The notes: generated by a model not told the origin, from the sequence alone. A stretch of DNA of 32,000 nt from an uncultured Gammaproteobacteria bacterium (GCA_964360965.1 CAYHYM010000003.1:34102-66101), one strand, 5' to 3'. Counted from the stretch's first letter, positions 15,795 through 24,678 are shown. Made by a program: numbers and translations.

Positions 15795-16109
15795 ATGTCA
15801 GCAGAAAATTCTCCTGAGCATAGTCAATTGATAGAATTTGACGTAGCGTTGCCAGAGAATCTAACACTTGGCTCTGACATAATAATTCAATTACTTGATA
15901 GATACTCACATGTATGCGTAGAATACTGGACATATATAAATAGACCAGCACAAGTACACTTTGGTTTAGGAGATGCTGTTTCGAGTATCCAATCTGATGC
16001 TGCACATGTGGCAAGCGTAGAAGAATTAGGAAAAGTTTTAGAAATAATTGGCTTACAGCCGCAGGCCCAAGAAATTTATAATAGGATTGGAGTTGAATTT
16101 AAGAGATAG
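15795..16109 (+). CDS. Hypothetical acidic protein (104 aa)
   Basis: ORF track 15786..16109 (GTG). ATG 15795 sits 8 nt after the SD AGGAGG (15781-15786). Sequence starts MSAENSPEHSQLIEFDVALPENL... I recognise no family. Confidence 0.6.
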   Translation: MSAENSPEHSQLIEFDVALPENLTLGSDIIIQLLDRYSHVCVEYWTYINRPAQVHFGLGDAVSSIQSDAAHVASVEELGKVLEIIGLQPQAQEIYNRIGVEFKR

Positions 16110-16186
16110 TATATCTCCTAGTACTTTTCTCAGCCATACTAATAGTTTTTCAACAAAAATCCCATAGTTTTAGCCTCATTTGGTGC

Positions 16187-16215
16187 TTGACAGGCATGTG
16201 GGCTTATGATAGGCT
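16187..16215 (+). promoter_or_regulatory. Candidate promoter (TTGACA-17-TAGGCT)
   Basis: Consensus -35 at 16187-16192 and a weak -10 at 16210-16215. The -10 forms part of a TAGGCTCA direct repeat. Confidence 0.3.
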
Positions 16216-16232
16216 CACACTAGGCTCAAATT

Positions 16233-16514
16233 ATGGCTATCCTTCAAACCAAAAAACAATCTGATTTAGAAAAACGCCTTAAGTTTCTTCGCCAACAAAT
16301 CTATGGTCGGGAATCAGTAGCTAGTAACAAGCAGTATGTAGTAAGTGAAGAAATGACACCAAAAAATACCCATACTACCAACCTACTTACTGATGTAACC
16401 TATCTTAAGGGTGATCTTGCCAAAATTTCTCTTTTAGCAAGTGCAGCCTTGGGCATGCAGATCCTACTATACTTTCTGATGAAAAATCATATTTTAAATT
16501 TTATCAAAATTTGA
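16233..16514 (+). CDS. Hypothetical protein with C-terminal TM helix (93 aa)
   Basis: ORF track entry. The C-terminus is ISLLASAALGMQILLYFL. There is no SD upstream and no recognised family. Confidence 0.5.
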   Translation: MAILQTKKQSDLEKRLKFLRQQIYGRESVASNKQYVVSEEMTPKNTHTTNLLTDVTYLKGDLAKISLLASAALGMQILLYFLMKNHILNFIKI

Positions 16515-16531
16515 AGGGAGGTGATAAAAAT

Positions 16532-16669
16532 ATGCAGATGTATTGTGTTAAATGCCGCACCAAAAGAGACGCTGAAGATGTCCAACAGGTCACTATGAAA
16601 AATGGCAAAAAAGCCAGCAAGGGTCGTTGTCCTGTTTGCAGCACTTCAATGTTTAGAATTGGCGGCTAA
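16532..16669 (+). CDS. Zinc-ribbon miniprotein, DUF5679-like (45 aa)
   Basis: Below the ORF-track cutoff. Sequence is MQMYCVKCRTKRDAEDVQQVTMKNGKKASKGRCPVCSTSMFRIGG, with a CxxC...CxxC layout and an MFRIG tail. The SD GGGAGGTG lies 8 nt upstream. Confidence 0.7.
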   Translation: MQMYCVKCRTKRDAEDVQQVTMKNGKKASKGRCPVCSTSMFRIGG

Positions 16670-16702
16670 TTACTTGGTGATTTGTTCACCATTTCTAAAA
16701 AG

Positions 16703-16728
16703 TCCTCCAAAATGTTGGGGGATTTTTT
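16703..16728 (+). terminator. Rho-independent terminator
   Basis: tcctccaa-aatg-ttggggga followed by T6. It overlaps the stop of the convergent comM-like gene. Confidence 0.6.
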
Positions 16729-18268
16729 AGTGACTTTCATCTCTTGACCTGTATTGAAGGGCTTCGGCAATATGTTCAGTTAAAATACTATCCAATCCAT
16801 CAAGATCAGCAATGGTGCGTGATAATTTAAGCACCCTATGATAACCTCTGGCTGATAAATTAATTGATGATATTGCCTGTTTTAAAAGCTCCAACCCTTC
16901 TTGAGTAATTTGGCAAAAATTCTTGATCTCCGCATTTCCCATTTCCGAATTAGTTAAAATATGGCCGGTTTTAAATCTCCCTCTTTGAATCTGGCGGGCT
17001 CTAATTACTCTTTTCCTAATGGCCTTGGAATCCTCAACAGTCAAATCAGCTGATAATTTATCAACATCAACTGCCGGAATTTCCAGATAAATATCAATTC
17101 TATCAAGCAAAGGACCGGAAACTCTACGCTGATATTTGGCAATCTGACCAGGAAAACAACTACATTGACGCTTTTTGTCACCCAAAAACCCGCATGGACA
17201 GGGATTTTGAGCGGCAAGCAATATAAATTGCGCAGGAAATGTTAAAGTTCCGGCAGCGCGTGAGATGGTAATATGATGATCCTCCAGCGGTTGACGCAAT
17301 GCCTCTAAAACATATCTGGGAAATTCAGGAAACTCATCCAGAAAAAGTACCCCCCTATGAGCCAAAGATATCTCTCCCGGTCTTGGGGTATTTCCTCCGC
17401 CAATAAGACCTATATGAGAAGCGCTGTGATGAGGTGTTCTAAATGGTCTTTGGGTTATCAAAGATTGCCCGTTGCCTAAATTACCGGATATAGAATAAAT
17501 TTTGGTTACCTCTATCGCTTCATCAAAGGTAAGCGGAGGCAGTATTGATGGAAATGATCGGGCAAGCATTGTTTTACCGGCTCCCGGAGGACCCTTTAAT
17601 AGAACATTATGTCCTCCGGCGGCAGCTATCTCCAAAGCTCTTTTGGCGTGCTCCTGTCCTTTAATTTGGGAAAAATCATATCCATAATTTATATCCTCCT
17701 CAAACTCAATTTTTTGAGGTTTAACTGGATTTGTTAATTTTTGACCTAATAAAATTTGAGTTACATCTTTTAAACTATTACATGCCAGTACTTTTACCCC
17801 TTTAACTATTGCTGCCTCCTGTCCATTATCTTTTGGAACAATCATTGTTTTAAAACCCCTCTGTTTGGAAAGTACTGCCAGCGGCAATACTCCCTTAGTT
17901 TTTCTTAAATCACCATCCAAAGACAGCTCACCAACAACCAGGACTCTATCCAAATCCAATCCGTTATCACTACCATTTGGAACCTGTCCTGATGCCAAAA
18001 GCAATCCCAAGGCAATTGGCAAATCATATTGCGGCCCCTCTTTGGGAAGATCTGCGGGAGCAAGATTAACAATTATTTTTCTGGATGGAAAATCACCACC
18101 TGAGTTTTTGATGGCAGATCTTACTCTTTCCTTTGATTCCTCAACTGCCCGATCAGCCAACCCTACTATGGTAAAAGAGGGCAGCCCTTGTGAGGCAATA
18201 TCAACTTCTACCTCAATTGGTACTCCATCAAGACCGACATTGGCACCAGATAAAATTTTAGCAAGCAT
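16727..18268 (-). CDS. comM: Mg-chelatase-like AAA+ ATPase, ComM/YifB family
   Basis: Has Walker A GPPGAGKT, Walker B VLFLDEFPEF and an N-terminal Lon-protease-like domain. The ORF track starts at TTG 18280. ATG 18268 (MLAKILSG...) fits the family N-terminus better. Confidence 0.85.
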   Translation of the reverse strand: MLAKILSGANVGLDGVPIEVEVDIASQGLPSFTIVGLADRAVEESKERVRSAIKNSGGDFPSRKIIVNLAPADLPKEGPQYDLPIALGLLLASGQVPNGSDNGLDLDRVLVVGELSLDGDLRKTKGVLPLAVLSKQRGFKTMIVPKDNGQEAAIVKGVKVLACNSLKDVTQILLGQKLTNPVKPQKIEFEEDINYGYDFSQIKGQEHAKRALEIAAAGGHNVLLKGPPGAGKTMLARSFPSILPPLTFDEAIEVTKIYSISGNLGNGQSLITQRPFRTPHHSASHIGLIGGGNTPRPGEISLAHRGVLFLDEFPEFPRYVLEALRQPLEDHHITISRAAGTLTFPAQFILLAAQNPCPCGFLGDKKRQCSCFPGQIAKYQRRVSGPLLDRIDIYLEIPAVDVDKLSADLTVEDSKAIRKRVIRARQIQRGRFKTGHILTNSEMGNAEIKNFCQITQEGLELLKQAISSINLSARGYHRVLKLSRTIADLDGLDSILTEHIAEALQYRSRDESH

Positions 18269-18302
18269 TGGATTTTGCAATCATTATATAGTAAAATGTA
18301 TC

Positions 18303-18589
18303 TGCCTAGGAAGAAGGATGATTGCTACGTTCAGTTTACATGAACGTAGAGGAAAGTCCAGACAGCAAAGAGCAGGGTGTCCGGCGTAAGACGGAGGTCG
18401 TAAGATCCAGTTAGAGCAACAGTGACGAACCGAGGTAATGCTCGGATGAAACGGGCAATCCTCCCCGCTGCAATCCTAGAATCGGTCAGGTTGCTCGCCT
18501 GATGACCGGAGTAAGGAGCATTAGATAAATGATCATCAATCCTGACTAAATCGGGATGAACAGAATCTGGCTTACTCTCATCCTAGGCA
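18303..18589 (+). ncRNA. rnpB: RNase P RNA, bacterial type A, reduced size (~287 nt)
   Basis: The P1 pairing is TGCCTAGGA...TCCTAGGCA. The P4 strands are GAGGAAAGTCCAGAC and ACAGAATCTGGCTTAC. Other conserved stretches are CAGGGTG, AGAGCAACAGTGA and TTAGATAAATGA. The last 7 nt overlap the stop of the AI-2E gene on the other strand. Confidence 0.85.
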
Positions 18590-19551
18590 CTTTTTTCTTC
18601 TAATACTTCCATCCAAACTACTTGCAAAACAACCACAATCGGTACCGCCAAAAGTGCTCCCCCAAATCCTAAAAGTCTGGTCCCCACAGCCACAGCCAAA
18701 ATAATAATTAAGGGATTTAAGCCTACTGCTCTTTTCATAACTTGCGGCACTATCAGATTATTTTCCAGCTGCTGAATAATAAAATACCAACCGACAACAG
18801 CAGCTGTTATAACCGGAGAAATAGTCAGCGCCAAAATAACTGCCGGAATTGCGGCAATGATCGGTCCAATAACCGGCACCACCTCCATGATTGCAGCAAG
18901 TAAAGCCAGAGGTAGCGCATAGGGAATATTTAAAATAATCAGCCCCAAATATACCAGCAATCCAATAATAATACTCAAAAACAACTGGCCCCTTACCCAT
19001 GCTCCCAGCTTTTCCTCTATTCTGATGATAGATTTTCTGATCTGTCCTGATCTTTCTCCAAATAAAGAAGGAGTTTTTTCTTCTAAACTCTCTTTTTCTA
19101 AAAGCAGATAGAAGGTTAAAACTAAAACAAAAATCACCGTGATAAGATTACTGAATACTTCCAGGGTTATGGAAAAGATATTTTTGGAAAGATTGACCAA
19201 TTGTGACTGAAAAACCGTGTCGTTAACATCTGACAGGTTAAATTGATCGGCTAGTAAAGGCGGAAGAGCAGAAATTAACCTGTTGCTTTGTTCAATAAGC
19301 GGCGGCAATAAAATGGCCAAAATGCCTGCCACTGCTGCTATTATGAAAATGTATGAAATGATAATTCCCAATGCTTTAGGCAATTTTAACTTAGTAAAAA
19401 AATTCACCAGAGGAGAAAGAGCAGACATCAAAATTACTGCCACAAATAAAAGGATTAACAGATCTCTTATTAAGTAAAGCACCCAAAGACCCAAAATAAA
19501 AATGGTGATAAAAATAATTGTTTTATGTGAAATATCAATTTTTCTTGGCAT
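18583..19551 (-). CDS. AI-2E family transporter (PerM/UPF0118)
   Basis: 322 aa with about 8 TM helices, in the layout and Gly/Pro-rich C-terminal helices typical of the family. Confidence 0.7.
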   Translation of the reverse strand: MPRKIDISHKTIIFITIFILGLWVLYLIRDLLILLFVAVILMSALSPLVNFFTKLKLPKALGIIISYIFIIAAVAGILAILLPPLIEQSNRLISALPPLLADQFNLSDVNDTVFQSQLVNLSKNIFSITLEVFSNLITVIFVLVLTFYLLLEKESLEEKTPSLFGERSGQIRKSIIRIEEKLGAWVRGQLFLSIIIGLLVYLGLIILNIPYALPLALLAAIMEVVPVIGPIIAAIPAVILALTISPVITAAVVGWYFIIQQLENNLIVPQVMKRAVGLNPLIIILAVAVGTRLLGFGGALLAVPIVVVLQVVWMEVLEEKSA

Positions 19552-20560
19552 TTTTTTTATTTATAGCACTATCATACCATTTAGCTACCAAGTTTTCTAT
19601 TTGAAGAGAGTAATCTTTACCTGTAATATCAAACCAATTAATACTCTTTTCCTTTTTAAACCATGTTAGCTGACGTCTTACATAGCCGTGGATTTTGTTT
19701 TGCATTATTCTAATCAGCTCATTCTTATTTTTAATTTTACCCTCCAAATAATCTGCCAAAACTCCATACTCTAACCCTAATTCTCTCATTCTTTTAAGCG
19801 ATAAGCCATTTCCATGAAGTTTTTTTGCCTCCTCAATCATCCCCTGGTTTATGCGAGCTACAACTCTCTCATCCACTCTTTGATATAAAATCTTACGCGG
19901 AGCACTCAACCCTATTTTTAAAACATTATAAGATGCAACACCACCTCGGAGGTGGCCCGCTTCGCAGCGAGGCGAGCCGTAAGGACTCCTCCTAGGTGAA
20001 ATATCAAGCTCGATTGCCCTTATTAACCTTCTTGAATTCTCCCTATCAGATTGATTTAAACTTTCCCATTTTTCAGGAGAAACCTTTTTTAACTTTTCTT
20101 GTAACTCTGCTTTAGATAATTTAGCCAGTCTATTTCTTAATTTTTTATCTACAGGTATGGCCAAATTTGGCAACCCCTCAAATATCGCTTTTAGATATAA
20201 ACCTGTGCCACCCACTATAATTGGCAGCTTCCCCTTTGCCCTAATTTCCCCAATCACCCTGTCTGCATCTTTAACATAATCAGCCACACTGTATTGTTTT
20301 TTTGGAGAAACCACATCATACATCCAAATTTTTATTCCATCTATTTCCCAATAACCTATATCATTAGACCTACAAGGTCTTATGCGTTTGACCTCATAGG
20401 TCGAATTAGATGGCATCTTGCCGGTGCCTATATCCAGTCCCCCATATATTTGTCTGGAATCACAAGATACCAACTCACCATTAAATTTCTTGGCCAAGTA
20501 AAGTGCCAAATCAGTTTTACCTGTAGCGGTCGGTCCCAAAATAACTAAAAGTTTTTTCAT
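19535..20560 (-). CDS. miaA: tRNA dimethylallyltransferase
   Basis: Has the P-loop GPTATGKT, SCDSRQIYGGLDIGTGK and IIVGGTGLY. It carries an internal repeat insertion, listed separately. Confidence 0.9.
   Translation of the reverse strand: MKKLLVILGPTATGKTDLALYLAKKFNGELVSCDSRQIYGGLDIGTGKMPSNSTYEVKRIRPCRSNDIGYWEIDGIKIWMYDVVSPKKQYSVADYVKDADRVIGEIRAKGKLPIIVGGTGLYLKAIFEGLPNLAIPVDKKLRNRLAKLSKAELQEKLKKVSPEKWESLNQSDRENSRRLIRAIELDISPRRSPYGSPRCEAGHLRGGVASYNVLKIGLSAPRKILYQRVDERVVARINQGMIEEAKKLHGNGLSLKRMRELGLEYGVLADYLEGKIKNKNELIRIMQNKIHGYVRRQLTWFKKEKSINWFDITGKDYSLQIENLVAKWYDSAINKKNAKKN
19942..19998. repeat. Long form (57 nt = 19 codons) of the TIR element, in frame inside miaA
   Basis: Sequence is cacctcggagg-tggcccgcttcgcagcgaggcgagccgtaaggact-cctcctaggtg. 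The TIRs match 10/11. GC is far above the flanks. It encodes about SPRRSPYGSPRCEAGHLRG. Confidence 0.65.
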
Positions 20561-20582
20561 AATTATCCCTTATAATTGATAT

Positions 20583-21812
20583 ATGGCTAGAAATATTATA
20601 CTGTCTTATCTATTTCTTTTTTTAGTTGTCATAACATTACTACTTTTAGCCACTCATCCAGCTTATTATCCTCATTTACAAACAGATGTTTTTGTTTTTT
20701 ACCAGAGGACTTCTTTTTTTATTAGCAACTTTTATTTAACTAATTTAACTGGTAATGAATACCCACCAGGAGCAATGCTATTTTTTATACTGACTTCTCC
20801 ACTGCTATTGATTAATAACTCTTTTGAAACCTATAAATTAGTATTATTTATAGCCAACTTTATACTAATATTTTTTCTGTCAGTAATTTATATAAAATTT
20901 ACCAAAGCGGAAAATATTATAATTTTTGCAATTATTTTATTATTTACAGGACCAATTATATTTTTTAGGTTTGACCTGTTAGTAGTAGCTCTGGTTGCTC
21001 TATCTTTTTATTTATGGAAAGAAAAAAAGACTGCCTTGTCTTTATTTTTATTATCATTTGCTACTTTAATTAAAGTATATCCCATCATATTTATACCTTA
21101 TCTATTAATTTTAAGTTATAAAAATAATGGCTTAAATCAAATTGTAAAGAATTTTTTAATCTATTTGTTGGGAATTATATTTCTGGTATCTCTGTATCTT
21201 TTTATTTTTCAAGCTGACATCAAAAATTTATACTACAGCTTAAATTACCATACATTGAAGCCTATCGGTCTAGAAAGTGTCTGGGCAACCATCATAATGT
21301 TAATCACTTATTTTAAAAATGGCACAAATTTTCAAATTATTACCTCAGAAGGTATCTGGGGAATTTCCAGTAATCTTCAAATTGCTCCGTTGTGGTTATA
21401 TAATTATATATGGATTGTCCCTTTGGCACTTCTACATCTTTGGTTTATCAAAAAAATTAACAATAAACTGCTTAATTTTGATATTAAATTCTGCCTAATA
21501 AATATTTTACTGTTTTTACTTTTCTCCAAAGTAATCGCGCCTCAATATATTTTGTGGTTTTCTTTACTTTTACCTCTGGTAGATATTAAAAACTTAATCT
21601 TCAAAACTGAATGGATTATTAATCTATTCCTCATTTTATTGATTGTATTTTTGTATCAGTACATATATCCGTTAAATTATAGTGAATGGTTAAACATGTT
21701 CAAACTCAATATGGGAATAGCTCCTCTTTTTCTTATCAATGCTTTACGTAATTTTCTATTAGTATTATTAGCAGTTAGATTATTCAACCAGCTAAAATCA
21801 GCATATGCTTAA
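20583..21812 (+). CDS. Polytopic membrane protein, GT-C fold glycosyltransferase-like (DUF2029/GT87-like)
   Basis: 409 aa with more than 10 TM helices. A YPPGA motif sits in an early loop. It overlaps the downstream GT39 gene by 8 nt. TATAAT at 20571-20576 lies 6 nt before the ATG. Confidence 0.5.
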   Translation: MARNIILSYLFLFLVVITLLLLATHPAYYPHLQTDVFVFYQRTSFFISNFYLTNLTGNEYPPGAMLFFILTSPLLLINNSFETYKLVLFIANFILIFFLSVIYIKFTKAENIIIFAIILLFTGPIIFFRFDLLVVALVALSFYLWKEKKTALSLFLLSFATLIKVYPIIFIPYLLILSYKNNGLNQIVKNFLIYLLGIIFLVSLYLFIFQADIKNLYYSLNYHTLKPIGLESVWATIIMLITYFKNGTNFQIITSEGIWGISSNLQIAPLWLYNYIWIVPLALLHLWFIKKINNKLLNFDIKFCLINILLFLLFSKVIAPQYILWFSLLLPLVDIKNLIFKTEWIINLFLILLIVFLYQYIYPLNYSEWLNMFKLNMGIAPLFLINALRNFLLVLLAVRLFNQLKSAYA

Positions 21813-23043
21813 AAAAATTATCAGAACAAAAAATCTTTTAATAATTCTCTTAATCTTTACAGCCATAACTAGACTTTATAATTTAAATTATCCCAATACT
21901 TATATTTTTGATGAAGTTTATCACGGCTTTACAGCCAAAGAATATTTAAAGGGTAATAAAGAAGCATGGAGCCCTTGGGGTAAATCTGAACCAGGTGTTG
22001 CTTTTGAATGGTTACATCCTCCTATTTCCAAAGAAATAATGACTGCCTCAATGTTTGTGTTGGGGAGTACTGATGCCTGGGCATGGAGATTACCAGGAAT
22101 ACTTTTGGGAGTATTAAGCGTTTTTCTAGTATATAAATTGGGTCTTCTCCTTTTCAAAAAAGAATCCGCAGCCTTAATCTCTGCGTTTGTTTTTTCCATT
22201 GACGGACTAAATTTTGTCCAATCTAGAACCGGCATGAACGATGCTTATCTGGTAGCTTTTGTTTTAACAAGCATTATCTTCTTTCTTAAAGAAAAATATA
22301 TTCTTTCAGCATTATTTATGGGGGCTGCTTTAGCAACAAAATGGCCCGGTATATTTCTAGCTTTAATCTATTTCCCCATTCTATGGTCTCAGCGCAGTTT
22401 TAAACGATTATCTTATTTTATATTAATTCCTCTAATTATTTACCTACTAAGCTATTTGCCTTATTTTTTAATTGGCTATGGGTGGACAGATTTTGTAGAA
22501 TTACATCAACAAATTTGGTGGTATCAAACTAACCTTAAGGCTACTCATGATTATGCTTCACCTTGGTGGTCCTGGCCTCTCAATTTATATCCTGTCTGGT
22601 ATTTTGTGGATTATCAGAAAGACAAAATTGCCAATATTTTTGCCTCAGGAAATCCACTGGTGTTTTGGTTTGGAACACTTGCAATAATTTTAACAGCGTG
22701 GGAAGTAATCAAAGGATTTATCCTAAACTCAAGTCGAGAAGTTACCCAAAATTTATTAATCATTTTAGCTGGTTTTTTCATTTTTTGGCTGCCATGGGCA
22801 GTCTCCCCCAGAATTATGTTTTTATATCATTTTTCCCCGGCAGTTCCGTTTTTATCACTTGCTTTGGGATACCAACTCAATCAATTAAGCAAAATAAAAA
22901 ATGGGACAACCTTAGTAATTATTGCCTTACTACTCATGATTATTAGCTTTTTATTTTTATATCCCTTCTTGACAGGAATTCCTTTACCTAAAGATTTAGC
23001 TAATTTATTCTTTTTAACAAACCTATCTAAAAACCCCTTTTAA
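21805..23043 (+). CDS. Dolichyl/polyprenyl-phosphate-mannose protein mannosyltransferase family (GT39, PMT-like)
   Basis: Has IFDEVYHGFTAKEYL, the DE motif in the first loop. It is polytopic with a C-terminal PMT_4TMC-like region. Confidence 0.75.
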   Translation: MLKKIIRTKNLLIILLIFTAITRLYNLNYPNTYIFDEVYHGFTAKEYLKGNKEAWSPWGKSEPGVAFEWLHPPISKEIMTASMFVLGSTDAWAWRLPGILLGVLSVFLVYKLGLLLFKKESAALISAFVFSIDGLNFVQSRTGMNDAYLVAFVLTSIIFFLKEKYILSALFMGAALATKWPGIFLALIYFPILWSQRSFKRLSYFILIPLIIYLLSYLPYFLIGYGWTDFVELHQQIWWYQTNLKATHDYASPWWSWPLNLYPVWYFVDYQKDKIANIFASGNPLVFWFGTLAIILTAWEVIKGFILNSSREVTQNLLIILAGFFIFWLPWAVSPRIMFLYHFSPAVPFLSLALGYQLNQLSKIKNGTTLVIIALLLMIISFLFLYPFLTGIPLPKDLANLFFLTNLSKNPF

Positions 23044-23099
23044 ATAAATTTAGGAACCAACGTCTCATATAATCTTTGACGACGACCCCACTGTCAAAC

Positions 23100-23882
23100 T
23101 TAACTGCTGGCTGAGGAATATTGTTTTAATGACCAGTTCCATACTTTTAATGATACATAAAATAAAACTAGAGAGAAAATAACAGCATAGGCAATAAGCT
23201 CAGGTGAAAGCAGGCCTAAAAGAGATTTAACCGGAAAACTCATCATTATCCCCACCGGTATGGCAAAAGTTAAAATCCCCCTGATTGGTTCACTATAAAT
23301 ATCAATTGGCATTCTGCCCATACTCGTAAAATCCCGATACATCATAATGGCATGATCAATCTCTGTTGTTAAAATTGCCAAAGATAAAACCAGGATATGA
23401 AATGATAAGGCAATGATAAACCCTGCTGCCACCAGCAGGATATAAATTAAGACACCGCCAAATTCAGCAATCTGCAACCTGTTTATAAAATAAATTATTG
23501 CACCCATAAGTGGTATCAGGGTGATAAAATCCAAAAGATCAGGTCCTACTGCCAGTGATCTAAAAAGAGCATTAATCGGTTTAATAAGATAAAAATCAAA
23601 TGTGCCGGATACAACTGCGCTTCTAAATCTGTAAACTTCCCTAAAGAAAAGTTGGGCCAAAATATCTATTAAATTAAATGTTAAAAAGAAAAAAATGGTT
23701 TGATCCAGACTATATCCTGCCAAAGCATTTATTTTTTTAAGTAAAATGACAATAAAGAATGTAAAAATACCAAATCGCAGTATCTTACCGACCAGAAAAA
23801 TAGCCAGACTCCAGCGAACCATCAGCTGGGTCTGAAAAGAATTAATGGCAAATAACCACCACACTTTTAAATATTTAACCAT
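23100..23882 (-). CDS. ABC-2 type transporter permease
   Basis: 260 aa, 6-TM, and the last gene of an ATPase-permease-permease operon. Confidence 0.7.
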   Translation of the reverse strand: MVKYLKVWWLFAINSFQTQLMVRWSLAIFLVGKILRFGIFTFFIVILLKKINALAGYSLDQTIFFFLTFNLIDILAQLFFREVYRFRSAVVSGTFDFYLIKPINALFRSLAVGPDLLDFITLIPLMGAIIYFINRLQIAEFGGVLIYILLVAAGFIIALSFHILVLSLAILTTEIDHAIMMYRDFTSMGRMPIDIYSEPIRGILTFAIPVGIMMSFPVKSLLGLLSPELIAYAVIFSLVLFYVSLKVWNWSLKQYSSASS

Positions 23883-23883
23883 G

Positions 23884-24678
23884 TTAGTGCCCTACAGCTG
23901 TGTAAATTTTAAGTCCTTTCTCTAAAGTTTTAATCATTAAAAACCACAAAGTAATAACCCAAAAAACTAAAACTGAAAACCCTTGGATAATTTCAACTGA
24001 TGGCATGGTACCCAAATATAACTTAGAAGGAAAATAAATAAGATAAGGAAAGGGTGTCAGCAGAATAATTTGAGATAAAGGATTGGGCAAGATATCTATG
24101 GGAAAAAGTCCTCCTCCCAAACCTTCTAAAAAAATCATCAGTAAGAAAAATGGCCCCCAGCTATTTTCTACCCAAAAAGCTGTCATTCCCAAAATAAAAC
24201 TAATTGTAAAATACAGTATCATTCCCAAAATTGCGGAAAGGATAAAAAGAGTCAAAAAAAAAGTGTCAGTTTGAAAAGCAATCTGAGGTTTGAGTAAAAA
24301 AATCAGCATGGTTATCTCCACTGCCACAAATGAAATATTAAGAAGCTTATCAGCTAAATCTCTGGTAAAATAATAAGTAATAAAATCCAAAGGTTTAATT
24401 AAAAAATTTACAATACTGCCTTCATTAATCTGCCCTGCCACATCCATCACCCGGGATGAAAGAATGATGGCTCTTATCAGTGCTGCCACCAAAATATAGG
24501 TTAGTATCAAAGATTGTGTATACCCAAAAATTTGCTCTTGATTTTGAAAAACAGTCCACCAGATAAAATATGCCAAAAGCAGCTGCAAAATTGACCTTAC
24601 TCTCCACAGAGCAAAATTTAACCTATAAACCAATCCTTGCTCCCAAGTAATTTTAAAAACAGCCAAATATTTACTCAT
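23884..24678 (-). CDS. ABC-2 type transporter permease
   Basis: 264 aa, 6-TM. It overlaps the ATPase gene by 4 nt. Confidence 0.7.
   Translation of the reverse strand: MSKYLAVFKITWEQGLVYRLNFALWRVRSILQLLLAYFIWWTVFQNQEQIFGYTQSLILTYILVAALIRAIILSSRVMDVAGQINEGSIVNFLIKPLDFITYYFTRDLADKLLNISFVAVEITMLIFLLKPQIAFQTDTFFLTLFILSAILGMILYFTISFILGMTAFWVENSWGPFFLLMIFLEGLGGGLFPIDILPNPLSQIILLTPFPYLIYFPSKLYLGTMPSVEIIQGFSVLVFWVITLWFLMIKTLEKGLKIYTAVGH

Noticed and set aside
15795-15880. Double-glycine leader in the 104-aa protein as a substrate for the adjacent C39-like peptidase (..PENLTLGS/D..).
   Set aside because: The residues at -4, -7 and -12 do not fit the hydrophobic pattern of GG-leaders, and the cleavage pair would be GS. 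This is not convincing.
15649-16014. 121-aa minus-strand ORF overlapping the 15795..16109 gene.
   Set aside because: The plus-strand ORF has a near-consensus promoter and a perfect SD. The minus ORF has neither, would run through the divergent promoter region, and has an odd composition.
17584-17619. 9-bp perfect inverted repeat CCGGAGGAC-N18-GTCCTCCGG inside comM.
   Set aside because: Both arms encode conserved Gly/Pro residues around the Walker A loop (AAGGHNVLLKGPPGAGK). Coding constraint is a sufficient explanation, and it has no similarity to the TIR element core.
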